Origin: Monocercomonoides exilis PA203
Lineage: Eukaryota; Protista; Preaxostyla
Length of the DNA: 64,000 nucleotides
NCBI GenBank assembly: GCA_001643675.2
Contig: LSRY02000013.1
Coordinates: 558,001 to 622,000, forward strand
Reading direction: 5' to 3'
A program made the position numbers and the translations under genes. Shown here piece by piece: positions 40,601 through 52,000 of the stretch. The notes beneath the pieces were generated by a model. It worked only from the letters and a program-made list of their open reading frames with translations, did no database searches and was not told the origin of the DNA. The first letter of the stretch is position 1. Every line of letters starts with the position of its first letter.

Positions 40601-43600
40601 ACTGAACTTTCATTTGCATTCATGGAAGTGATAAGCGGAACTGTTAATATCACACAGTTTAGCGCAAATTCTATTTCATTGGCTGGCTTTCCTCTTATTT
40701 CACTGGGAGGAGCAAGCACTTTTGGAATAATTGATAGATTGGAAATGGATGAAGTGTCTTCAACAGCAAACTGCGAGCTGATAAATATTCGAAATGGTGC
40801 TTCAATGAGTGTGAGCAACTCAAAAATAACTGGAAAGAAAGTGGTACAGAGGAATCTGTTGCTTTCTTTACGATTTCTTTCGACAATCGGTGGGAAGAGT
40901 GTTTCGCTTATGAACTGTTCCATAATAGGCTTTAGCTCATTTGAAAAGAATGGAGGAGCAATCGAGTGTGTATTGGGGAGCGAATGCTCATTCGAAGTAG
41001 TTGGTGGATTGATGGAGAATGGTGGATGCATTAGTGGAAATGGAGGAGGATTGTGCATTGAGATGAAGGAAGGATCACGGTTCAGCATTGGAAACGTATC
41101 TAACGCCGAGATAAAAAACGAAGAAGATTCTGAAAGGGATGGAAACGGGGCAACAGAGCTGAAGAACTGTACTTCAATAAGGGGCGAAGAAGGAAATGGT
41201 GGTTGCGGAGGTGGTCTGTGTTTGCTGTTGGCTGGAAGTGCTTCTGACTTCATTCTGAAAGAGGTGATATTTGAAGAATGCAATGCTGATGTTGGGAAGA
41301 GTATGTTTGTGAGTTCAGAGGATCTTTCTCCTGTAATTAACAGAAATAAACTAGGATTTAATTTTAATTTGACAGATTTAACTCAGATGTGTGGATGTGA
41401 AGGAGGAAGAATAAAAGAAAACAATGCCATTCCACTGGTTTTGTATTTTTGGACAAACATGTCAAAAGAAGCACATGCTGGCGGGAGCAAAAGTGGGGAT
41501 GCCGCAGTATGCGGATTTGAAGAATATCCATGTACAACGATTGAGAAGGCACTAAAAAGGCTTGGGAAAAGTGATGAAAAGACGGTTATTGTGAGAGGAT
41601 GTGCAGAGATGAGAAGCGAGGTTGCATTGAATGGTACATCAACAGTGATATCAGGAAATGACGAAGTTGCCTCAATTGCATTTGCATCGAATTTGAAGGG
41701 TTTGGAAAGGAAGATTGTTTGGTGCAATGGCAATCTGAACATTGAGAAGATAGAAATGCAAGTGCCTCTCAGCTTTGATAGCAATGCTGATGTGCTCTTT
41801 TACTCAGATGCAGCAGATGGAAATGTGAAGATAAAAGAGTGTTGCTTTGAGGTGATGAGTTCGGAAGGCGGGTATCTTGGCTTTTCTCTGATAAGTGCTC
41901 CGAAAGGAAATGTTTTTGTTAACAGCACAAATATTTCCAATCTGAGGTCACAAAGGGAACTGATTGCCATCACAATAAATTCGCAATTAGATCTGTGGAA
42001 CACGGCTGTCAGAGATTTGGAGTTGAAAGGCAAAAGCGCCATTGTTGTTGAATGCGCAAATCAAAAGGGGATGATGGAAGAAAATGGAGACGATGAGTGG
42101 AATGTTGTGATTGTTGGGTGTTCACTGGAGAATATTGATCAGAATGGATCACAGCACCCATCGCTGATTGAGTGGCCAGGAAGTGCAGGTGTGAAGATGA
42201 AGGTAGAAAACTCAACAATGGAAGGTTGTGGATCTGATGCTTCCAGCAAAGGAGGAGGTGTGATGTTCAGTCTGAGCGATGGAGGATGGATGGAATGGGT
42301 GAATTCTTTCGTTCTGAGTTGCTTCTGCTCGCTGGCTGGGAGAGGAGGCGGCATGTATTTGAAAAGCTCTTGTGAATGCGAGATGAAGCTGCCTTTCGTG
42401 CTTTGTGGTGTGACGTTTCTTGGAAACAAAGCATTTCGCGGGAGAGATGTGTATGTGCAATGTCAAAACATAGAAAATCAGGTTGGAGAAGAGCAGTTTG
42501 TTTTGGACTTCAGATTGCCATTTGTAAAGGAATTGGCTATGTGGGGATGCCCGGAAGGCGGATTTGCAAGCGAAGAAGATTTGTTGCTGATGGTGATTGT
42601 GTATCGGAGCGAAACAATCTTTGTGTCTGGCACAGCAATGAACAGCACAAGCACAAAGCAATGTGGCGAAATTACATCTCCATGCACATCTCTGGATATC
42701 GGCGCTCGTCACGTGATCGGAAGCCAATATTCACAGATTCTTGTGGAAAAGAGCACAACGCTAGAGAACGAGCTGTTACTGAAAAGCGTATCTGTAAGGT
42801 CGTTCAGTAGCGAAATGAGCGCATCAGTAATTGTTGAAGGAGTTGTAATGGGGAATGCGAAAAGCGTGATATCTGTGAAGGAAAGCGCCACATTCGAGCG
42901 AATATTGTTCGAGTTTTGCGAGAGGATAGAAAGTGAGCATAAAAGTCTAATTGAGGCTGAAGATTGTCGATTTAGATTGTATGCTGTTGGATTTAGAAGT
43001 AAAGAGTCAGAAGAACACACAGGAAAAGCAGATGTTCCGTTCTGTCTATTGGAAGTTAAAGGTGGAATCGTAATGTTTGATAGCTGCACTGTGAGTGAGC
43101 TGTCTTTTCGGAATTGCCTGTTTCGTTTTGTGGAAGCCAATGAAATAAAGATTACCGAATTAAATGCATCAATGGTGAATGCATGGAAGAGTCTCATCGA
43201 ATGCACAGCGTGCAGAAGTGTAACTATTTCAAAGCAAGATGTGGATGAAGTGAATACTGAGCAAGGAAGTTTACTAGAGTTGGAAGACTGTGAGAGTGGA
43301 GTTGTGAATGTTTCGCTGGTGAATATCAAAAACATAACAAGTCAAGCAGAAAGAGAGAGCTGCATATGCTTCAAGTCATGCTTGTCGATGATTGAACTCT
43401 CGTATTGTTCATTTGGAGGATGCAAAAGCGATTTGCAAAGGGAAGAATTGTGTCGCTTGACCAGTGTAATGATGTTTGCATCAGTTCATGCACATTCGAC
43501 GGAGGCTCTGATACAGAAGAAGAAAGAAACGAGAGTGGAAATGAGCTGTGCAAATGGAATGGGTCGCTTTTGGATGCAAGAAGCAGCAATATTGTGATGA

Positions 43601-45537
43601 AGGATACAACAATTACGTGCTCATCAGCAGGTGCCTTATCAATATCTGGTGGGAATATGAGAATCGAGAAGGGAGAATTCAAAGAGAATAGCCCATTGAT
43701 TGCCAATTATCCATCAGCTCGGAGAAACATTATGTGCAGCGATTCTGGGACGTTGAACATACAGAGCTTGAAAGGTGGAGATGGACTGAAAGACAACACT
43801 TCTCTGTGGATTTTGAATGAAGGCTGTGAACTGCGAGGAATGGAAGCCGAAAGACCTTCTGAGCTGTTTATCCCTATGCTAGAAAGCGTGGAGGCAGAAG
43901 AAGTTGAAGGCGAGACTGTGCTGATTTTCAAAGGTCAGTTGTTGCTTCCATGCGATTTATCATTCTGGATCTCATTGAAAAAGACTGGCTCTGATTTTTC
44001 TGAGGATTATTCATTTGTGGACGAGGGATATAAAAGTGAAAACGAAGTTCATGGAAGAGTTCCATCTTTGCGCGTGCTCAATGCTGGCAGCGAGACAGAA
44101 GTTTCTGTTGGAATATATTTTGGATCTTCCAAATGCTCAACTGAGTCTTTTATTCTGAAGAACAGGAGCGAGTCTCAGACAAGCGGAGATGAAAGGATTG
44201 CTGAAAGAGGAAAAGAAGGGAAATCATCATGGGCATTGATTGTGATCATTATGGCTATTGTTCTATTGATTGTTCTGATTGCTTCAATTGTTCTGGCTGT
44301 TCGATGGAGAAAGGCAAAGAATGAAGCAGAAGATCTGAGAGAGATTGTGAATGATAACATCAGAAAGGATCCGAAGGCATTCGAGATGGTGACGATGGAG
44401 ATGTCGCCAGAAGAGCAGTGGAGGAGAGCAGAGAGGGAGGCTGAGAAGAAGGATGAAGAGAGGATGAAGAAGAGGGTATATGCGAAAAGCCTTCAGCATT
44501 CAGAATCGTCAGAGCATTTGCTGGCTGAGAGTGGATCGACTGAATACATTCTGGGAAAAGATTCAGACAAGATTCCTGAATGGGCATTGGAAAAGGTTGA
44601 GGAAGAAGATGACATATCGAGAAAGAGATCTCCTTCACCATCCACTTCATCCACTTCATCCACAGACACTTCAGACACTGAATCCACTTTTGTTCGAAGG
44701 GAGGATCTGTGCCCAACCACTTCGTCAATGTCGAATCTGGTGGATGCGATGGCCTGCTCATCACCACATGAAAAGCTGATTGTGGATCTGAGGGATTCAC
44801 TATTTATGTTGTTGCATGGAAGGAATAAGACAAAGGAGATGGCTATTGGGACTCTTCAGGAGAGGGAAGTCTCGGCTGCTCAGATCCTGTTCTGGGTGGC
44901 TAATCTCGCTCTTCACTCCTTTGATGAAATGGAAAACAAGCTTCAGTCACTTGCCAATCTGAGTCCTCACATTGTGCTGTTCTCAGAACATATGGTCATC
45001 TGCATTGTGATGCATTCTGATTTATTGTCAGATGATAGTTCAGATTCCTCATCCATCTCATCATCAACTGTTGTGACATCTGCCAGTGATGATGATGACA
45101 ATGATGACTCCCTTCCCTCATCGGCATTTGAGGATGAAGATAGCTTCAAAAAAGAGTGTCTGAGGTGGAAGGCACCAGAGCTGCTGATCAACAAGAACAT
45201 GAAGGCAACAAAGAAGTCGGTGGTGTTCTCGATCGGGATGATGCTGTGGGAGTGCCTGACACTCCACATCCCGTTCGGGGAGTACGAGGCTGTGATTGCT
45301 GGAGACAAGATTGCAAAAGGAGAGGCTTTGAGCATGTGCGGAAATGCTGCAAGCTCATTCTCTTTGGTCGTCAGCGAATGCCTCTCCTTTCAGCCTTCCA
45401 ACCGGCCTTCTCTTGTCTCCATTTTGAGAGAGTTCTTTCAGAAGTTCCCCGAGTCAGCCAAGCTCCCCACAATGACTGACGCACTCTTCACAAACCAGCA
45501 ATCTGCCATCAGCAGAAACAGCTGCTGCAGCTATTAG
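37682..45537 (+). CDS. Large Cys-rich beta-helix (GGA/FxxN, Pmp-like) type I membrane protein with C-terminal TKL-like pseudokinase, copy A, about 2618 aa; one apparent frameshift near 43438
   Basis: Intronless, with signal peptide MLIFLILLSHCWCG and four CGx(4-5)[P/A]Cx[T/S] modules. The TM segment is WALIVIIMAIVLLIVLIASIVLAV and the kinase C-lobe reads RWKAPELL..VFSIGMMLWECLT..PF..RPS. ORFs 37682-43597 and 43405-45537 join if A3 at 43437-43439 is A4, as in the mirror copy. Confidence 0.85.
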
Positions 45538-47900
45538 TGTTTGCTTCTCTCATTCCAACACAAGCATTGCCATCGTTCGCACCCCTCGTATTCATCTCTT
45601 TATCTCTCTCTTTTTTCTTTTTTGCTTTTGGTGAATAATTACAAGAAAGAAAGAAATAAGAGCTGTCCATGGCTTCTGAAGGCTTTCTTTTGTTTTGTTT
45701 TCTTTTCTTTTGTTTCTGTTGCCTCCAAACAGGGCTTGACATTTGCCAGCCAGAGTCTGACGTTTGTGTTTTTCTGTGTTGTTTTTGCACTTCGCTCGAA
45801 AGTGATTTTTCACAACCACTTCCGCTTTATTGCTTGTAAATCCACTTCAAAATGGAAAGACATCGAGGCAAATGATTTCTAAAATCCTTTGATCTTCCTC
45901 TGTGAATTGCCTTCTTCTCTGAAATGAATGTTCCCTGAAAAATATATCCCAACATCCTTGCTTTGACTCAGCCAAGAAATCAAAATCAAAAAAAATATGT
46001 GATAACGTTGGCACCTGCGCAAAAACCCAGAATACATCTTTCTCAGCCTTGGCAAAATTTCTAGAGCCATGCCAAGATGACTTTTTTTTATTCATTCAAA
46101 ACATGAAATATAACAATATAAAAATTGTTGAGATAAAAACAACAGCAAACGATGCGAAAGGAAATGGCACTCAAGGAAATGAGAGGCTTCAAATAAGTTC
46201 CATCAAAACGAAGAGAGAAACACTCTGGAATTTATTTTTTTTATTGAGAGTTCATTGCCTCCTTCTTTCAAACGATTCAAGACAAAAGGCAAGAAGCTGA
46301 GTCATCTTGCGCATTCTTGCAGCGATTGCACCCAGAAACTCGCATTCCCATTCCATCCAAAAATAACTGCATTTCCCAATGAAAAATTCCCACCTCCATT
46401 AGCAAGGCGCAGATTCGCAGAGTATCCCCTTCCACTTTGTCATCCTTTTTGCGTTTCGGTGTTGATCACCAGCTTGGCACTTTCAGCCGAAGCATAAATA
46501 TCTCTTCCCTTTGTAAATAGAAGCGCGCTTTCGCTGCCGATGACACAAACAAAAATTATGCACTCAAGCTTCAGCTTTCGATTAACTTGCGATGCTCCAG
46601 GGGAAAAATAAAATTAAAAAAAATGTAATTGTGAACCAATGGAACATTTGCTGGCCATTTCTTGAACGCTCCAACTTGATCGGAATATCGCTTCTCTGCT
46701 TCCATTTGCAGCATCCCTTGTTTCCAGTTTGAAGAATCTGTTATCGCCACAGCTCCGTGCCCTCCAATCAACACACGCACCTGCTAGTTGGATGCATGCC
46801 CGCCAACAAAAGCACTGCTTTTCCTTTTCCTCATATCCTTTTCCTTCCAGAATCTGTCTTTTAGGTGTAGCAAAGATACAAATAGCGAAGCAAGCAAAAT
46901 CATTTGTTGGCAAGCATATCAGGTGGCCAATGTCAATTTCAGTTCTTGTTCGTTCAGCCATTTTCTTTGCTTTTCGCTGGCAAACATCCCTCGCATTTTC
47001 GCTTTCCACAAAATGTGACATGGCGCCTGCACATTTTGGAGGAAAAAAATAAAAAATAAAATAAAAAGGAAAAGTGCCAATAAAAGCAAACTGAGCTGAA
47101 GCCTCTTCAGCTGGCCATTTCCCAAACGATTTTTCTGCCAATATGGTTCTCATGGAATTTCTCAACAAAAAACTCTTAAAAAAGAAAAAAGCTGCTCTTT
47201 TCAACAAAAACATCCTTTCCATTCATAAAAATTCCAAACCTCTTTTTTTTTTCTTGCGCCTACAACATATTCAATATTTTTATTATCGGATCCTCAAGCA
47301 GAAGCAAAGGAGAGACTCTTTTTCCATTTTTGGGGGAAAAAATAAGACATCGAAAAGAAAAGGCATTTCACGCTCGATATTGGACAATTCCAAAAGACTG
47401 CATGCCTTGAGATATGTTTTATTGCTTTATTGCAAGCAATGTCTTTCTGTGCTGGCACCAGGCATTCCCTCGTTTTTTGAGTCATCGAAAAGAATCCTCC
47501 CAAACATGAGGGGGAAAAAAATTAAAAGAACAATTTCATCTGCCATGAAAATCACTTTTGCTCAATGGCTTCTCGAAACGGTCTCTCATCGCAGAACAGC
47601 TACAGTCCGGCACACACAAATTGATAGGAAAACAAAAATCATTTTCCAAATGATACGCTCTCCCCACAAATTGCAAACTTTGCTCAATGCTTAAATTCTA
47701 TCAAATCCAGCAACATAACATGTTCATCCGTTTTTGTGCTGCCTAAGAGCAAATATACGCTTTTTGCTCTCAATTTTTGATTTTGAAGATATTATTATTC
47801 GTTGATCATTTCGCTTCAAAATCTTTCAAACAAAGAAAATATTTTATTATAAAATAGCACATAGTCCTATAAATCAATTTATTACAGGTTTGTTATGATA
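39148..47900 (+). repeat. Left arm of 8753-bp inverted repeat
   Basis: Reverse complement of 49098-57850. The ORF track is mirrored, and end coordinates sum to 96998 at both boundaries. Confidence 0.97.
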
Positions 47901-48246
47901 CAAAATGTAAACATTCAAACACCTTCAAAAATTCGAAAAACTGGAAAAGAAAATAAACAAATGTTCATGTGAAACAAACAAGATTGTCAGTTCATCTTAT
48001 TTAAATAATAATTTATTTTCCAAAACTCAAATGCAATTTCAAAACAAAATCCTTTGGAATTTGAAAACAAAAAAACAAAAAAGTTCAACATTGAAAAGCA
48101 TTCAAACATTCATACATACAAAAATCGTCTTGAAAGCACTCGAAACGCAAATTAAATTCCAAAAGAAACTAAAAGAAACTAAAATAAATAAAATAAATAA
48201 AAAATAAAAAATAAAAAATACAATATTAATTTAGAAATCCTCTATT

Positions 48247-48867
48247 TCACATCAGAAAACATTTGAATGATGATTTCTCGTTTTTGGCAGACGGCTCCTC
48301 AGTAACATCCTCTTCTGCTTCAATGTCTTTGGATTCGTGGTAGCTCAAGCCCAGCCGTACCAGCTCCGTGAATGCCTCATCCACATTCTCTCCTGTTTCT
48401 GCTGACGTCTCAAAATACCCACAAAATCCCTCTTTTTTGCACCAGTCTTCCACCTCAAATCGGTTGACAGCCCGATGCTCCCTCTGATCGCTTCCGTTTC
48501 CAATAAGGATAAGCGGACAATCACTCGAAGCATTCACCATAATGCTGTCTATCTGTTTTTTCATCTCTTTCAAGTTATCAAAAGAATCATGCGATGACAG
48601 TCTGAAGACAAGTGCACAAGCATCTGATCCTCGAAAATATGCTTTCTGAATTGACTTATACTCGTGATAAAAAGGAACATTCCAAAAATATGCCTGAACT
48701 TTTTTGTCATCAACTGAAACATTTTTTGATTTGAAATCAGAATTTATTTAATGCCTGTAATTGTAAAAATCTTCATCAACGTATCTTTCGGTCAGTAAAG
48801 AGATGCCTACTCCATATTCACCAACGATGCACAATTTCACCCTCAACTCCTCTTTTGTTTCACTCAT
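48247..48867 (-). pseudogene. Rab-like small GTPase pseudogene (Rab7/Rab32-like appearance), intronless, 207 codons
   Basis: Reads MSETKEELRVKLCIVGEYGVGISLLTERYVDEDFYNYRH*INSDFKSK...WNVPFY...AYFRGSDACALVF...LIGNGSD...YFETSAETGENVDEAF...CFLM. There is an in-frame TAA at 48750-48748, and G1, G3 and G4 are all degenerate. Confidence 0.8.
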
Positions 48868-49097
48868 CAAAAAGAAATATTTTTATTATGTTCAGATCTC
48901 TTTCATCATTTTTTGAAGATTATCACTAATAATATTGAAAGAACTTCAATTCAATTGTAGCTTGAAGATAAAAATGACAAATATTAATTATTTTTAAAGA
49001 AAAACTCAAAAATTCATTGCTTGAATAATCAAAAATTTTTATATTGATTTTTACAAAAAAAAATTAATTTCTTTCTCTTTAAAAGGTTTTTATTTTA

Positions 49098-52000
49098 TAT
49101 CATAACAAACCTGTAATAAATTGATTTATAGGACTATGTGCTATTTTATAATAAAATATTTTCTTTGTTTGAAAGATTTTGAAGCGAAATGATCAACGAA
49201 TAATAATATCTTCAAAATCAAAAATTGAGAGCAAAAAGCGTATATTTGCTCTTAGGCAGCACAAAAACGGATGAACATGTTATGTTGCTGGATTTGATAG
49301 AATTTAAGCATTGAGCAAAGTTTGCAATTTGTGGGGAGAGCGTATCATTTGGAAAATGATTTTTGTTTTCCTATCAATTTGTGTGTGCCGGACTGTAGCT
49401 GTTCTGCGATGAGAGACCGTTTCGAGAAGCCATTGAGCAAAAGTGATTTTCATGGCAGATGAAATTGTTCTTTTAATTTTTTTCCCCCTCATGTTTGGGA
49501 GGATTCTTTTCGATGACTCAAAAAACGAGGGAATGCCTGGTGCCAGCACAGAAAGACATTGCTTGCAATAAAGCAATAAAACATATCTCAAGGCATGCAG
49601 TCTTTTGGAATTGTCCAATATCGAGCGTGAAATGCCTTTTCTTTTCGATGTCTTATTTTTTCCCCCAAAAATGGAAAAAGAGTCTCTCCTTTGCTTCTGC
49701 TTGAGGATCCGATAATAAAAATATTGAATATGTTGTAGGCGCAAGAAAAAAAAAAGAGGTTTGGAATTTTTATGAATGGAAAGGATGTTTTTGTTGAAAA
49801 GAGCAGCTTTTTTCTTTTTTAAGAGTTTTTTGTTGAGAAATTCCATGAGAACCATATTGGCAGAAAAATCGTTTGGGAAATGGCCAGCTGAAGAGGCTTC
49901 AGCTCAGTTTGCTTTTATTGGCACTTTTCCTTTTTATTTTATTTTTTATTTTTTTCCTCCAAAATGTGCAGGCGCCATGTCACATTTTGTGGAAAGCGAA
50001 AATGCGAGGGATGTTTGCCAGCGAAAAGCAAAGAAAATGGCTGAACGAACAAGAACTGAAATTGACATTGGCCACCTGATATGCTTGCCAACAAATGATT
50101 TTGCTTGCTTCGCTATTTGTATCTTTGCTACACCTAAAAGACAGATTCTGGAAGGAAAAGGATATGAGGAAAAGGAAAAGCAGTGCTTTTGTTGGCGGGC
50201 ATGCATCCAACTAGCAGGTGCGTGTGTTGATTGGAGGGCACGGAGCTGTGGCGATAACAGATTCTTCAAACTGGAAACAAGGGATGCTGCAAATGGAAGC
50301 AGAGAAGCGATATTCCGATCAAGTTGGAGCGTTCAAGAAATGGCCAGCAAATGTTCCATTGGTTCACAATTACATTTTTTTTAATTTTATTTTTCCCCTG
50401 GAGCATCGCAAGTTAATCGAAAGCTGAAGCTTGAGTGCATAATTTTTGTTTGTGTCATCGGCAGCGAAAGCGCGCTTCTATTTACAAAGGGAAGAGATAT
50501 TTATGCTTCGGCTGAAAGTGCCAAGCTGGTGATCAACACCGAAACGCAAAAAGGATGACAAAGTGGAAGGGGATACTCTGCGAATCTGCGCCTTGCTAAT
50601 GGAGGTGGGAATTTTTCATTGGGAAATGCAGTTATTTTTGGATGGAATGGGAATGCGAGTTTCTGGGTGCAATCGCTGCAAGAATGCGCAAGATGACTCA
50701 GCTTCTTGCCTTTTGTCTTGAATCGTTTGAAAGAAGGAGGCAATGAACTCTCAATAAAAAATAAATTCCAGAGTGTTTCTCTCTTCGTTTTGATGGAACT
50801 TATTTGAAGCCTCTCATTTCCTTGAGTGCCATTTCCTTTCGCATCGTTTGCTGTTGTTTTTATCTCAACAATTTTTATATTGTTATATTTCATGTTTTGA
50901 ATGAATAAAAAAAAGTCATCTTGGCATGGCTCTAGAAATTTTGCCAAGGCTGAGAAAGATGTATTCTGGGTTTTTGCGCAGGTGCCAACGTTATCACATA
51001 TTTTTTTTGATTTTGATTTCTTGGCTGAGTCAAAGCAAGGATGTTGGGATATATTTTTCAGGGAACATTCATTTCAGAGAAGAAGGCAATTCACAGAGGA
51101 AGATCAAAGGATTTTAGAAATCATTTGCCTCGATGTCTTTCCATTTTGAAGTGGATTTACAAGCAATAAAGCGGAAGTGGTTGTGAAAAATCACTTTCGA
51201 GCGAAGTGCAAAAACAACACAGAAAAACACAAACGTCAGACTCTGGCTGGCAAATGTCAAGCCCTGTTTGGAGGCAACAGAAACAAAAGAAAAGAAAACA
51301 AAACAAAAGAAAGCCTTCAGAAGCCATGGACAGCTCTTATTTCTTTCTTTCTTGTAATTATTCACCAAAAGCAAAAAAGAAAAAAGAGAGAGATAAAGAG
51401 ATGAATACGAGGGGTGCGAACGATGGCAATGCTTGTGTTGGAATGAGAGAAGCAAACACTAATAGCTGCAGCAGCTGTTTCTGCTGATGGCAGATTGCTG
51501 GTTTGTGAAGAGTGCGTCAGTCATTGTGGGGAGCTTGGCTGACTCGGGGAACTTCTGAAAGAACTCTCTCAAAATGGAGACAAGAGAAGGCCGGTTGGAA
51601 GGCTGAAAGGAGAGGCATTCGCTGACGACCAAAGAGAATGAGCTTGCAGCATTTCCGCACATGCTCAAAGCCTCTCCTTTTGCAATCTTGTCTCCAGCAA
51701 TCACAGCCTCGTACTCCCCGAACGGGATGTGGAGTGTCAGGCACTCCCACAGCATCATCCCGATCGAGAACACCACCGACTTCTTTGTTGCCTTCATGTT
51801 CTTGTTGATCAGCAGCTCTGGTGCCTTCCACCTCAGACACTCTTTTTTGAAGCTATCTTCATCCTCAAATGCCGATGAGGGAAGGGAGTCATCATTGTCA
51901 TCATCATCACTGGCAGATGTCACAACAGTTGATGATGAGATGGATGAGGAATCTGAACTATCATCTGACAATAAATCAGAATGCATCACAATGCAGATGA

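Noticed and set aside
46614-47694. 183-aa and 202-aa ORFs (mirrored at 49304-50384)
   Set aside because: No recognisable motifs. Their duplication simply reflects the palindrome.
48748-48750. TAA read as Gln (non-canonical code known from some oxymonads), which would make the Rab intact
   Set aside because: ARPC1 and the ATPase end in TAA and AP3D1 ends in TAG at their apparent C-termini, and long exons contain no in-frame TAR, so the standard code applies.
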